Source: Octopus vulgaris (taxonomy: Eukaryota). Taken from it: DNA of 64,000 nucleotides. Positions 1-14,599 of the stretch are shown here, in pieces. The stretch lies in the NCBI GenBank assembly GCA_951406725.2, contig OX597836.1, positions 2,046,001-2,110,000 of the forward strand. Direction: 5' to 3'. The position numbers were made by a program, and so were the translations under genes. Under the pieces are notes generated by a model. That model had not been told where the DNA came from and did no database searches. It saw only the letters and a list, made by a program, of their open reading frames with translations. Position 1 is the first letter of the stretch; the number at the start of each line of letters is the position of its first letter.

Positions 1-699
1 AACCTACATATGTATATTCCTTTACGGATATGTATGAATAAATATATACATATATACATATCTACATCTACACAGAGATGCACGCACATCACACACACTG
101 GTGTGTGTGATTCGTTGCCTCACACGTATATTGACGTTCAGAAAATGAAACAGAAGACCAAAATATATGGAGCGTGTAGAAGTTAATGATCAAGTGACTG
201 AGACAGAGAGGGAGAGAGCGAGAAAGAGTGAGAGATGGAGAGAGATAGAGGGTTAGAGCGCGGGGATACGTGGAAAGAAGAGAAAATCAGAGAGAGTGAG
301 AGAAGTAGGGTTTCTGTTTTGGTGATAGAATGTGCTTTTGTAGAAATGCTTTGATACCCCGACTATTGCTATATGCTTGGCTTTAGCCTTTTAGGGAGCT
401 GGACACGTCTAAATTGATCTTTTTAAGTGCATTTGTAAATGTCCTGTTTTGTTTTTCTCAATAGTTTCACATAATCACGTATATATAAACAGGAATGCAC
501 AGTGACACACACATATATATATATATATAATTTAGTCCAGTGAGAGACGTGTTATGGGCAGGTCCTCTCCATAAGAACCTTTCTCCAGCAGTGTCTCTAC
601 GACATGGGAGGGCTTGTGCCCTTCCCTACCATTTTTGACTACTGAAACTTCGGCTATCGAGATAAGAATTGCGGTGAATACTTGGATTTCCCATTGCCT

Positions 700-772
700 T
701 GTTCAGAGAGCCAGACGATATCCGGTGAAGCATTTATTACGACGCATTAACGATTCTGCCACATTTCTGCCC
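700..772 (-). mobile_element. SINE family A, degraded 5' head fragment
   Basis: Reverse complement resembles the ggcggcgagctggcagaatcgttagcacgccgg...aaatgcttagcggtatttcgtc head seen intact at 43795 and 38164. Confidence 0.55.
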
Positions 773-1204
773 TAATATATTCATGTACATGCGCTTCCAC
801 ATGGTACTTGCATAGAGATACACACATACGTCCATACCAACGCATGATATAAGCATGAACGCTTACAAACATGCATAGAGACAGAATAATATAATACAAC
901 CGTCGCAAAGAAGATCAATAAGCGTCAGAATAAAGATATGCAAGATATGAAGGTCTCCTTTTGAATTCCATAATTGGCTCTTTACCATTGTTCTTATCTC
1001 GGAAACAGGGATTGATTAGTCTCCCTGATTCGTTAGAACCAATTTGTTTCATAGTGGAACAATACAACGATTTTCGAAATGAGACATACTTGCTGCATAG
1101 ATACATACTCATAAATATATACATAAGTCCGTACTAACAAACATACATGTATGCATACCAACATAAACACCAAACATAACTGGAACTCGGTTCGGGTATG
1201 GCTA

Positions 1205-1490
1205 CCAGTGATTCAGTTTTTTCGATCAACGGAACAGACAGCTCGTGGAATTAGTGTGCACGTGGATGAAGCTGTCCATAGATAGGAGTAACCTTAGCGC
1301 AGTTCACATTGAAATTCAGCGTCATACAGAATCTGATTAGGCTGGCTCTTTGAATTACAGGTGTTACTCATTTTTGACAAGTAAGTGAATTGGAGCAACG
1401 TGAAATAAAGTGTCTTGCTCAAGGACGCAAATCGTCTCCTGAAATCGAACGTACAGCATGAAAGCCGTTTGCTGAATGGACGCACAACCT
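1205..1490 (-). mobile_element. Degraded tRNA-derived SINE sharing its 3' tail with family B
   Basis: gatcaacggaacagacagctcgtggaatt...ggctggctctttgaattacaggt aligns by eye to the tail of the family B copy at 53311-53500; the middle region (ggagcaacgtgaaataaagtgtcttgctcaagga) is different. Confidence 0.65.
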
Positions 1491-2700
1491 AAAGATCATT
1501 TGTAAGACGAACTCCTTCACGAATATATATACATAGGAACATTCATACATACATGCATAAGTACACACATGCAAGCATGAATAGATGCGAGCATACAAAA
1601 CATAAGTTTGTGAATTCTTTCATGAATACAAATCTCTTATAGACAGTCACATCCACACACATTTATGTATTTTTGTGTATAGCATTGGTTTGCGGATAGA
1701 TGGAACGTGTTCATTGGGCGCTGAGCATTGTCGTTTCCACTTGTAATGATTCTATTCAGGAAAGCTTACGAAGACTATTCTGCAGTAATAAGCAGAGCTC
1801 TGATCTTGGATTAAGCCGTTTCCATAACGAAGGCTGCCCTCATCAAATTTAGACAGTTTCTCTTCATTCAGATACACCTCATATGATCGAAGCATTTCTT
1901 GAATTATACTGCTTTGCAAATTCGCGCGCAATTTGCTTTGAATTTTCACAACATGCGGTTTACAGAGCGTCAAAGTTTATAGGGCTTTGTCTAGACCGAG
2001 GATTGGTATAAGAGAAAAAAAGTCGTCTGTATGAGAACGATTTCTGGAATGAAAAAATATAGTAGGCATATCAAGTCATATAAAGCTTAAATCGCATAGA
2101 CAAAGCGAATGTTTCTTGACACCTCCATTGCTAAAGAGACTTTTTAGAAATCAAACAGTCTGCAGAGGTTTTAATCTACATTCATTTTCAAAGGGTAAAA
2201 TCAATATCGATTTAAGCAATCTGGTATAACGTAATCTGCAAAGAATGAAATGAAAAAAAAAACATTAAGATGTGAGAAATAAAAACATACTTTCATGTAA
2301 TTATTCAAAAAAGTACCTGCAAAATGATGTCTACGACATTATACCACACCTCATATGCACGTATCTATCTATAAATCCATCTATTGGTGTCTCTGTCTCG
2401 ATCTCTCGTCCTCTCCCTCTCTCCCCTCACTCTGGGTATATATATATATATATATATATAGGTGTCTATGTGTATATATACGTACATACATGCTTTTCCC
2501 TTATATATGCCAACTGATTCTTCCTCCTCTTGACCGCCACTGCATAAGCCAGCTACAGCCTCTTCCGGTCATTTCGACAGGTGGTGATCGTTAAATTGAG
2601 ACACATTCATTTATTTCTTTGTCTTTACTTTTTCCTCTCTTCATCCATGCTTTCCCGCCGTGAGCGTTCGTTCTTAAAGTTAAAAACTTCTTTCAATTTA

Positions 2701-3002
<302 letters not shown>

Positions 3003-3006
3003 GTAT

Positions 3007-3120
3007 GATTCGGGGTTAACCACAGTAAGTAAGGTACTCAATACATAGCAGAGTAAAATTAATTTATTATATAGAAGGAGCTTCTACAGGACTAGTACTG
3101 TTTCATTCAAGAGAAATCTT
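3007..3120 (-). mobile_element. Family D Penelope-like/retrozyme-like remnant carrying a hammerhead truncated within the CUGAAGA box
   Basis: Near-identical to 15097-15210; minus strand reads AAGA-UUUCUCUUGAAU-GAAACAGUACUAGUCCUGUA-GAAGCU; (TA)n on both sides. Confidence 0.75.
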
Positions 3121-3442
3121 ATAAATATATATATATATATATATATATAGATCATGCAAGAGTAGAAATTACACAATGTCCTATCGTATTGTATAATAGC
3201 TATGTGTCTGTTCAGTTTCGTAGTTAAACAATAAATGAGTTTTCAGACGTAACGAAAATATAAATCTGTTGCGGATATCTTTGAAATATTTCGTGATATC
3301 ATGAACACACTGCAGACAATTTAAAATATTTCTCAGTATTCCATTATTTTTTCTCACACGTTCAATATCTATGATTAATTTATACAAAAAATGCGATATT
3401 ATATTTGGTTTGTTTCGCAGTCTGCATATTATAGCGTTTCAT

Positions 3443-3790
<348 letters not shown>

Positions 3791-4332
3791 CTGTCTTTCT
3801 GTTAATCTATCTATCGCTTTATAAACAGAGAGAAAGAGAGAGAGAGAGAGAGAGTAGAGAGAGAGAGAGGCATATATATATATGATATAATATAATATAA
3901 TATAAATATATATTTCTTTCAAAGGAAAACTGAGTATGGAATAAAACGCAATTCTCTCATAAATATATATGTATAAATCGGCTGGGTGTTGTATTACAGC
4001 TTAACATACACACACATACACACATACATATTTAAACGCATATATGCATACATATATACGTGTGTTGTATACCTGTGTGTACGTGTACTTATACTGAGCC
4101 GCCTGTGCGATAGGCGACTCATTTATTAATATCCACCTGTACATCACATTACATCAAAGCGCATCAAAGGAAGGAAATATTATCCCATGTTCTTCACCTT
4201 CAAAAGACGACCTCCATAATTATTGCATCGCATATTTTTTTAGTAAAAAGTTGTATATCTTTAATCTTGTACTAGTAGTGGTATTATCAGTAACATTCCT
4301 AGCAGTAGTGATTGTAATAAGTGTAGGAGCAA

Positions 4333-4346
4333 TAGTAGTAGTTATA

Positions 4347-4398
<52 letters not shown>

Positions 4399-4439
4399 AG
4401 GTGGTGGTGGTGGTGGTGGTGGTGGTGGTGGCGGAAGTG

Positions 4440-4473
<34 letters not shown>

Positions 4474-4481
4474 AGGTGGTG

Positions 4482-4524
<43 letters not shown>

Positions 4525-4535
4525 AGGTGGTGGTG

Positions 4536-4567
<32 letters not shown>

Positions 4568-4801
4568 GATGGAGGTGGTGGTGGTGGTGTTGGAAGTGGT
4601 AGTAGTAGTAGTAGTAGTAGTGGAGGTGGTGGTGGTAGTGGTGATGGTGGTGGTGGTGGTGTTGGTGGAAGTGGTAGTAGTAGTAGTAGTAGTATTACAA
4701 GCAGCAGCATTAGTCGCATTGTTGCTAGTAGTAGTAACTACAGAAGTATTATTATTATTATAGTTATAATTATCACTATTATTATCATCATCATCATCAT
4801 C

Positions 4802-4875
<74 letters not shown>

Positions 4876-4925
4876 CATTACTATTATTATTATTATTACT
4901 ATTATTATTATTATTACTATTATTA
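4333..4925. repeat. Compound (TAG)n/(TGG)n array followed by (ATT)n
   Basis: Alternating gta- and ggt-triplet blocks at 4333-4695; (ATT)n at 4748-4925. Confidence 0.95.
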
Positions 4926-5404
4926 TTTTATTTTGGCCACAATCAGTAAAATGACTGACAAGTCTTTTTCTTAAATTAATTCGTTACACGTCACAAGAGC
5001 CGAAGAGACTCTTTACGCAGCAGTAACTCTCTCGTCGTTTTCAGAGATTTTGTAACATTAAATCTAAAAATGAAATACTAAAATATAGAGTTTCAGTGGC
5101 TGCCGAAAGTCATAAGACCAATCATAGAATGATATTAGTTCTCCTTGAATTCCATGTCTTATAGTTTTTCGTGTATGAAGGATAAATGCACCCAATTGAA
5201 TGTTTTTTGTGACCGAAATGACGGGTTTCGTGGACATTACATTTTTATCTCTTGAGACATTGGGTAAATCTTTTGCTCCAAAGGATGTATTCATTCCTTG
5301 GCTAATAGTAGCGAAATATGTTCTTGTCTGTGCGGATGTGGCAGTATGTTATTAGCATGAATGTGTGTATGTGCTAGTCTATGTATGGGAAAATGCGAAC
5401 ATTT

Positions 5405-5838
5405 ATTGATTTCAAATGTTGGCACAAAGCCAGCAATCTTCGGTGGAAGGTATAAGTCTATAACATCGACTCCATTACTGAAATGGTAGAAGGACAATTC
5501 GGCGACAGACAGTTGACCACAGACGATTGGCCAACAGACAACTTACACATTCACTCACTTCCCTGATCTTACGTGGCTTGTACCAAAATGTGAAATTATT
5601 ACCATTATTATTATTAAAGCGATTAATTGGTCAAATCATTAAATTATAGTCCAGTCAGCCAATTGCCCAATCGGCGAATTGTCAGTCTGCACACAACTCA
5701 AATGGTACTTATTTTGTCAACAAGGAAAGGGTGGAATATAAAGTCGACGTGCAGGGAATCTGAACTAAGAACGTAAAAATAGAGGAAATGCCTTTAAGAA
5801 TTTTGCCCGGCGTGCTAACGAGTCTGCCAGCTCGCCCC
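5405..5838 (-). mobile_element. SINE family A copy split by a ~200-bp insertion at ~5489-5695
   Basis: Tail (tttcaaatgttggcacaaagccagcaatc) at 5405-5488; core and head (ggtacttattttgtc...cccggcgtgctaacgagtctgccagctcgcc) at 5700-5838; aaatggta duplicated at 5481-5488 and 5700-5707. Confidence 0.75.
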
Positions 5839-6222
5839 CTAAGTGCGATGAAATGTTGCATTGTCTTTAGAATATAGTTTTAATTAATATATCTCATCGA
5901 TGTTTTGGGGTATTAATAAACACTATTTTCTGTATTTCTCTGTCTCTGGACTGTTTGTTTCTCCGAGGAAATGGATATTGTTATAACTTGGAATTTTGGC
6001 GACTAGCTTGATGCCCTTAGTGAGCTGTTTAGAATTTGGAGCTGACATTTGTTGACAATGGCTGCTCATTATCTTTCTCAAGAATTAGATTCGGCATCGT
6101 TGACATTTAATTGGTCTTGTGACATATTCCGCGATAAGGATGGACGAAAAATAGCTCCAAATACCATCTAATCCAAATTTTTAATTGCTCTGACAAAACT
6201 GCGTTTCGTTTATTGGCAACTT

Positions 6223-6796
6223 CAAAGGGGTATCAAAAGATTTCCAGACTAGTTCTGTAGCGCACCAACAGATGGCAACTCAGGTTTGCATGCGCAGCGA
6301 GAGATAGCAGTTAACGTCACTGTGGTTACTTCGCAAGTTGTGAAATCAGTGTTTTTGTGATACTTTGTATGATGTAGTTTGCAATTTGTTAGGGACAGGA
6401 AGTTAAAACAAAGAGCCAACATGAAATTGTTCGTTAAACGTGAGACGTCTGGTACATGTACAACCCTGAGGCGAAGCAGCAGACAGTAAATGAAAGGAAG
6501 GAAGTATGACAGACCCGAAGTTCAAGCAAGAGCATTTGCATAGATTATTTTTCGACATCTGCAGTATTGTCTATCTAGAATTCGTGCACCAGGGGGCCAG
6601 ATCATCCATCGTGAGTTCGACTGCAAATATTTTGAATAGTTTGAAGGAGGTCAAGCGACCAAACCTGTGGATCGCAAAGAAATGGATTCTTCAGGACAGC
6701 AATGCACCTTCTCACCGAACTCTCCTCACTCGTGAGGTAAAAAAAGAACGCCGTGTCGCTTCCGCACCCATACTATTCGCCAGATTTAGCACCTGT
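6223..6796 (+). mobile_element. Internally deleted mariner transposon remnant (transposase pseudogene)
   Basis: TIR-like aggggtatcaaaagatttccagact; peptides LKQRANMKLFVK, FFDICSIVYLEFVHQG, KRPNLWIAKKWILQDSNAPSH and (frameshifted) LPHPYYSPDLAP match mariner transposase motifs. Confidence 0.85.
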
Positions 6797-7802
6797 TGTT
6801 GTTACTCGGACAGAGTAGACATATAACCAAACACCTGTCTTTCACAACATTGCTTACCTTAGAGTCTAGTACCATATGCATTTGCTATGAACAATATGAG
6901 ATAGATTTCGATGCCATTCCTAACTACCAGATCTCTATTAAAACTTTAATCATCTGTGTTTATGAGTTGGAAGAATGAAGTTTATATACATTTTCCATAT
7001 CCACCTGTTCTCTTTATACTCTTCAAATAATTTGATATAATTTTAGTCACTAATTATAGTAGTTAAATAGTTTCAGATAATTATCGGTTATAAAGGAGAC
7101 GATTAATTAGATCGTCTTATTTTTCCTGACCGTTAATTGTATTAGATTTGTTGTCATTTCGCCACAGGTCAGTTCTCATTAAGGAGAACTATGATCAAAT
7201 GTTTTTCCAGCCTCTACAATCCCAACCTTCCCTGAGGCATACTGTGAGATATTATTTTCTCATTTCAAATAATTTTATAAATTTCATTTAAATGAATTAC
7301 CTGATCTCATATTCTTGAACTCTACAACAGCATTTTCACTCTGCCAATATCAACGAATGAACATTTTGGAAATCCTTTTGGAAAAGATTTGTATGTGATT
7401 GTTAAGAAGAACCAATGACCAAGTAGTTGACCCCTTCTCTCCTTGTTCTTTGCTTCAAACTCATGTTTTCAAGTACTTGTAAATAAAGTTCCTCATCCAG
7501 GGATTCCTTATATATTTCAATTATTCATACGTTTTAGCAGTCAAACACCAGGAATTTATATTACCTTATTTATTCCGACGCAATGGGCTGTGGCATTTAT
7601 TCTGGTATTGTGCGTTACCAGTTCTTCTCTAATGTTAAACTTTATTCCCATCTTCTCAGTGTCGATAGCTCAAGGATCAATCTGAAACGTTGGATTGGCG
7701 AAAATATTACAGCGTTGGACAGGATTCCTTCCCTTATCCCCTCAACCTTTTTGCGGCCTGGTTTCAATCTGTTTCTCAGAAGGAAGCCTACGGGATTCAG
7801 GT

Positions 7803-7805
<3 letters not shown>

Positions 7806-7869
<64 letters not shown>

Positions 7870-7881
7870 ACATACACACAG

Positions 7882-7956
<75 letters not shown>

Positions 7957-7958
7957 TA
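7806..7958. repeat. (CA)n/(TA)n microsatellite
   Basis: Direct inspection. Confidence 0.95.
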
Positions 7959-8149
7959 CTCGTCGAACCCTACGACTTCTAGACTCGGGATCCCCGTTTC
8001 CATGTCATGTAATGACCGATGTCACAACATCTCCCGGAATGGAACGCCAGTCCGACTCAGGGTCTCTCTTATGTTTCACAGTGTTTTGTCTTCATTTCTT
8101 TGCTCGTTTGATGACATTTAAGTAGATTCTTAAATTCTTATTTCCATAA

Positions 8150-8560
8150 TGATTGTATAAAACAATAGCTTAGCGTCATTGTTATCCCTATTATTACCGT
8201 TTAAATGGTCAAATATATATATGTCCGAATCTATATTAGATGTGTTTGACTATAATTTGCCATCATTATTCTATTTAACTGAAAGTATTTAAATAGCTTT
8301 GTATAATCCATCCTAAATAATGGGTGTATTTAACAATAGGTTACATCATTTTCAGTCGTATTGATGGTGTTTAAATTGTTTGATGTATGTATACCTCTTT
8401 AATGATTCTGTTTAAAAATAGTTTGTCATTAACTTGTACTTGCCTGATGGCATTTAAATAGTTTTATTTATATCTGTTTCTGAAGTGATTTCGTCTAACA
8501 GTAGTTTATCATCATTATCTGTTTGTTTGATGGCGTTTAAATTGTTTTGTAGGGTATATA
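8150..8560. repeat. Degenerate tandem repeat, ~83-bp unit, ~5 copies
   Basis: tttaaat anchors at 8200, 8288, 8370, 8453 and 8536, with recurring (g)atggYRtttaaat and aacaatag...tcatt motifs. Confidence 0.65.
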
Positions 8561-8897
8561 ATATACGTTCAGAAATTGAGAACAAATATGATGAATTATT
8601 ATAGGTCGAATCATTTGAGCATTGGATAAAAACGGGTTTATATTACAATGTCTTGAATTTTGCGTTCTGAGTTCAAAACCCACAAGGATAAAGATTTACA
8701 ATTCATTGTCTGGAGGCAAGAAAATTTATGATTTAATCAAGAGCTGCATTCGATTGAAATGACCAAAGCCATCGCACATAAATGCCCTTTATGAATTTTT
8801 GATCTTCTGATTGATGTTTCCATAATAAAGTTATACACGTCTCCTGCTATAGCAAGTTCTATTTCCTGCTATTTCGTTATCGGTATTATATTTGCTG

Positions 8898-9033
8898 CTC
8901 CGCTGATTTCGACTTTGCCTGTCAGCCTTTCGGAGTCGTGCAAATATGGACCCTTTGACCAGTGGGGCCGATCCAATTGTCTTAGACCCCCCCACAATTT
9001 ATTGGATTTGTGTCAAAATATGAAACCAATATT
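8898..9033 (+). mobile_element. SINE family A, core and tail fragment
   Basis: tcgactttgcctgtcagcctttcggagtcg...tttgtgtcaaaatatgaaacc. Confidence 0.7.
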
Positions 9034-9132
9034 CTTTCACAAAGGCGCACACACAAACATAAGTATATGTGTATATTATATTTGTCAGTATGTAAATTTA
9101 TATATATATATATATTATGCAGGCAAATATAC

Positions 9133-9176
<44 letters not shown>

Positions 9177-10245
9177 GTATGTGTGTGTATTTGTAACCTT
9201 TAATAGAAGTCTCTCTAAATATAGTATATAAACATTGTACTTGTTCTCGAATTTGTTTACACAGTTTTCAATCCGACAACTTCTTTGCCTACCTAATATA
9301 AGCCTGTTATCAAGATCGATTTTTTAGGAGTTTTCTAGAAGGGTCTGTGCGAAAATTTATAGCAAAATGAAGTCCTCTGCGGCCCCTGTACGTATTTGTG
9401 ACAATGTTAAAGCAGGAAACGAATTGAGTCTTCCACCAAGAACTCAGAACCCAGATGGTTGGTGTTTATGCTGCAAGGTATCATCTCCGTTGTTCTACAA
9501 ATTCAGCCAGTCCACCATATTCGTTATAATGGTTCTCCTGCAAAAATTGATTTTCGTGTTTATCTCCTGTCTATTTTGATCGCGTCTAGGTTTATATATT
9601 TCTCTAAATGTAATGGTTTTGTATAAAAATACTGTTCTGAAAATGAAATTTAAATTGACTGCAACATATATACATTAGCTAATCGCGGTTACAAAGGTTG
9701 TGCCTTATGGTGCACATCAATGATCACAAGTACGGTAGGCATTAACATCCAATATTTGTTTGGCTTTCTAGTTTTTGTTATAGTCTTTTTCTTTGCTTGG
9801 TGCAATGTATCGGAAGAGATATTATCAAACCCGACCTTTATATTCCACACACAAATCTGTCAGTTGAGGGACATGCAATTTCGTAGTCACGTGATGATTT
9901 GATTTAATTTTTATTTATATAGACATAATAATATACACACTAGCATATTCAAATAGATTTTATGTCTGCCCTCCTGTAATGGGTTGGCGAAAATGGCTTG
10001 CCCGTTTACAGTGGGGTTACTTTATAGTTTGAGTTTTTTGTTTTATTTTAACGCTACTTTAATCATTTGTATCTATGAATTCTTCTAAAGATTTGTACAT
10101 ATTGTAGTGATAGAGTGTATATGTATGTTTTATATATCTATCTATTTTTCTATCTGTCTGTCTGTCTGCCTGTCTATCTATCTGTCCGTCTGTTTCTCTA
10201 TCTGTCTGTCTGTCTACCAGTCTATCCATTTATCTAGCTAAGTGT

Positions 10246-10307
<62 letters not shown>

Positions 10308-10547
10308 ATATATAGTATATAGAGAGATTGCTAGATAGACATACACATACAAAATAGTCAACAGGTTCCATAATGGGTGATATTTCAAAGTCATATGTGT
10401 ATGTGTGTGCGTGTGTGTCTGCGTGAGCGTGCTTGTGTGTCCCTGCGAGTGTGTGTGCATGCATACGTGTAAGCATGTGTGCCCGTATCATGAATAAACT
10501 GAATAAAATTGTTGATTTCCAAGATGGAAATCATTAAGATAACTACA

Positions 10548-10690
10548 AATGATGACGATAACAACGATGATGATGATGATGATGATCATGATCATGATGA
10601 CGACGACGACCACAATGATGATGATGAGGATGATGAGGATGAGGATGATGATGATGATCATCATCATCCTCATCATCAGCATCAGCATCA
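10548..10690. repeat. (GAT)n/(CAT)n microsatellite
   Basis: Direct inspection. Confidence 0.9.
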
Positions 10691-11247
10691 TAGCAGTGGT
10701 GGTGGTGTGGTCAGCTGTGGCGGCATTAAAGATAGCATCTCACTGATAATTTTTTTTCCATTATCAGTATTTTAGAGACAGCGATATGATGTGATATTCT
10801 GTGATGTAATCAGCTTCCCTTTCATTTCATCACCTGCATCGGAACACTTGAAGAGTTGTTTGTCTAGACAAAGGTAATTAACATTACATCAAAATTCAAT
10901 TATTTATTTGACAATATTTCTCACATGATCAGCTCGTCATTTTTTTCTCAGGGACGCTCGAAGAAGATTCCATTCCACATACACCGTTCACTGAAGTGGA
11001 ATTTTAAATAAATGCAAACAGAAAACTAAAAAACGGAAATCCAAATTTTATGAATATTGTTTCCAGAAAACGAAACAAAAAAACTTTTTTGAATGAATCA
11101 TAAATAATAATTTGTGTAGATATATGCTTAGATACACAAACACATACATAATGTAATTATATATATATATATATGTATGTATGGAATATATATTTACACA
11201 TACACATATATATTTATATATATAGATGTATATATGTATATATATAT

Positions 11248-11303
<56 letters not shown>

Positions 11304-11470
11304 GCTTGCGTATGTCTGTTCGTGTGTGTGTGTATGTATGTGTGTATACATATGCATGAACTGATATACGTATATACATATTCAAATACCTATGCACAAA
11401 TATAGATATATATTCATATACATACACATCCCACGTATAATATGTATCTGAAGATTTCAAGATAAATGTT

Positions 11471-11504
<34 letters not shown>

Positions 11505-11884
11505 GTATACGTGTATAAATTATTTATTATAGAAACAGTAATAACTTACGATAGCAATCTGTCTATCATACTCAAGGAGAACCATACTTGAAATCGTAAT
11601 TAACTGCAGTTTGCGTCCCTAAATCACAAGCCTTAAATGAGTCAGTCTCTAAGTGTTACTATCTTTATGTGTTACTATCACGGGGCGAAATATCATGGTT
11701 AATTAGGATTTTAAAATGATATAATTATTTTAAGAATGATATCGCGATTGCTCTCCCTCTTTCTCTTAATGTTTCTTGTATATATACGCGGCTGGAAGAC
11801 GTGGCTGAAGGTTGAATGGAGTTGATATGAAAGGGGTTAAATTCCTATCTACTTTTACACGTTTAGAACAAGTTTAGGGCAGAT

Positions 11885-12110
11885 ATGCATCAGGTACCAC
11901 ACATTACATGAATTCAAAAGACGGTCATAGAAGCAACATAAAAATGTTCGTTGTGTCTTCGGTGAAGAGGAATTAAGTGTCCGGACATCCCAAATATGGT
12001 TTCGCCTGTTTCACTCAGGAATGTTTTCTCTGAGAGAATCTTGTTGAAATTGGAAAAACCAGCATCAGTCAATATGGAAATTCAGAGAGCTGCACGTGAG
12101 GAAATTGAAA
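11885..12110 (+). pseudogene. Mariner transposase N-terminal (HTH) fragment
   Basis: IRYHTLHEFK, then after a frameshift NVRCVFGEEELSVRTSQIWFRLFHSGMFSLRE, matching the mariner pattern EF...N..VFG....S.RT.Q.WF..F.SG.FSL. Confidence 0.75.
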
Positions 12111-12918
12111 GCCACTTTCACGATTCTTTCATAAAACACTCTGAAGTTTTAAGAAAAGCGTTTTCTTAGTTTCATCAAAACTTTCCCTTCTGTTCGTCTC
12201 CATATCGACCTTTTGCGTTATAGAATTATTCCCTGTAAACAAATCAAATGAAATCGACGATGTTAGTTCCCAATGTAAAACGAGATTTAACATTTAACAG
12301 TTAAGCACTGAATTTGAAGGAAAATGCAGAATATTCTCTGTCATGAAGGGAGAAACCAAACTGAAATAAGCAATCTGGAGAAATATTGTCGTCAACAGGG
12401 TGCATTTCACAAAAAAAAAAAAAATTACCGCAGAATGGCCCATCAATGGTCAGTCGCAGACAGTTGTTGCTCTTATATGATGTAACAAAATCAAATATTG
12501 TGCAAGTAATAGGGGAAGGAATTATGGCACAAAACTTGGGAGTTTTGCTTCACCGTTCGTAGTCTCCTGATATCGGTAGATCTCACGTTATCATTTATGA
12601 GCATTATAATATTAGAGCAGAAGCATTTTACTAAGTTAGACGAGTTTGAAAGCGAAGCTGAGGTGATTCTCTGCTTCAATATTAGTGTCTGGGAGTGTAT
12701 TTATTTGGCGAATTAATAGGAATATATTAATTAGTAATGAGGCGAACTTATAACTTGATTAATTTGTGACCCAAAACGATTTGTCTCTTTCGTAACTTTA
12801 AATGTGAGATGACTTCCTTTACAAACCTATAAAAACTGAAATCATGTTTCGAGCGCGCGTCTACGATGTTCAAAAGACATTCAACCAGAGGTAGAGTATA
12901 TTTATGATGCAAAGCATG

Positions 12919-13035
<117 letters not shown>

Positions 13036-14005
13036 ACATCTCCAGCTCCCTCCTAGTAGACATATGTCTTTTCTATGTATAAATGAAAAATGTATAGGAT
13101 ATTTTGTTATTCTTTTGAAGTTCTTCAGCTGAAATATGTTTTCCGTTTCACATTTAGAATTTTTTGTTTCTATTTTCCTCTTTCCATCGTTTGTTCATTG
13201 TTTCGTACTAAACGACTGACCAACTTGCTGGAAATACTCAAAGAGCCGTGAAGGAAACGGTAATACGAGAAACAAATATAAAACCCCTCTGCAAGCAAAA
13301 CCCAAAACAACTAAATGAAAGCAAGGCAATAGTAACAATTTAAAAGAACGAAAAATACAGACAAAAACAACAGGAAAAAATTGTAGAACCGATCATATAT
13401 AAAATATCTTTAAATATATAACTGAAATATAACAAAGATGAAAGAAAATAAATATGAGCGATGGCGTTGTGTAGTGGACTGGTTTTATATATATATATAT
13501 GTGTGTGTATATATATATATATATGCTATTGGAAAACTACCAGAATGGGAAATAGAATAACAATGTTGAAATTAGAGAACATGTTTTAACAATAGATTCC
13601 AATGTATCTTATACTTTTCATTGTTTTGTGGTAAAACAATTCAGTGTATATATGTGTGTGTAGAAACGCATACAAGTATTTATGCTTATTCCGTATATGG
13701 TTATATATACATATATGATGTATGTACGTATGTTTGATGTATGTATACATATATGTGTGTGTGTGCATGTGTGTGTATCTTTCTATTTATTTATCTTTCC
13801 ATACATGTATATAAATTTGTACATATACATTTGTACACACACAAACACACATATATGACACTCTGTGCGTATGTGTGTGCGTGTGTGCCTGTATTATTGT
13901 GTTTGTTTAATTGTAAATGTAAATGGTAGAGGCGCTGCTCTAACCACTAGGCCATGTGCCTCCACTAGTCCACTGCTCCAATCACTTGGCCATGTGCCCC
14001 CACTA

Positions 14006-14145
<140 letters not shown>

Positions 14146-14525
14146 TATATATAGCCCATAGGTACAACTTAAATGCATTCTTTAATATACTTATCGTTAT
14201 ATATTCTCTCAGTGGAGTTGTATTCGCGTGAATTTAAACATAAATATATATATCGTTTCTGTGAAATTCGATTTCCTTCCGTTTCCATGTGCCACTCACA
14301 GAACACCCTCGTAAACAACAATTATTTTAATCTTCAGTTAGTATATAAATATAAGACTGTTTTGCATCTACCGCATCATTCCAATGGAATTAAAAAAAAA
14401 ACTGTTATATTTTATATTTTTGCATTAAAAGCAATTTGCTGTTTAATGAAATTACATACATAGAATCTGTATTTCTTTCTGTGGAATAATTCTTCTGGTT
14501 CAGGTGCGTTCTCTGTATTTTTAAG

Positions 14526-14599
14526 ACATATGGCATTGGCGCCGCATATATATCCCTGTACCTCTCGCATAGGTTGGAATGTATCACCTTATGCTGGAG
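14526..14599 (+). other. Possible isolated exon (unverified)
   Basis: Pyrimidine-rich acceptor ttctctgtatttttaag and consensus donor gag|gtgagt; two frames are open; no recognisable protein. Confidence 0.2.

Noticed and set aside
915-1973. Two non-repetitive minus-strand ORFs (915-1124, 1752-1973) as candidate exons
   Set aside because: No compatible splice phases or good acceptor for the upstream one, and no recognisable homology
5880-7700. Possible ancient LINE endonuclease remnants on the - strand (MVFGAIFRPS, FLGETN)
   Set aside because: Motifs are short, the spacing is atypical and the frames are heavily disrupted; not supportable without an HMM search
13050-13135. Minus-strand CUGAAGA ... 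GAAAAGACAUAUGUCUA hammerhead-like pattern
   Set aside because: Extra A in the core, no stem II pairing and only a 2-bp stem I
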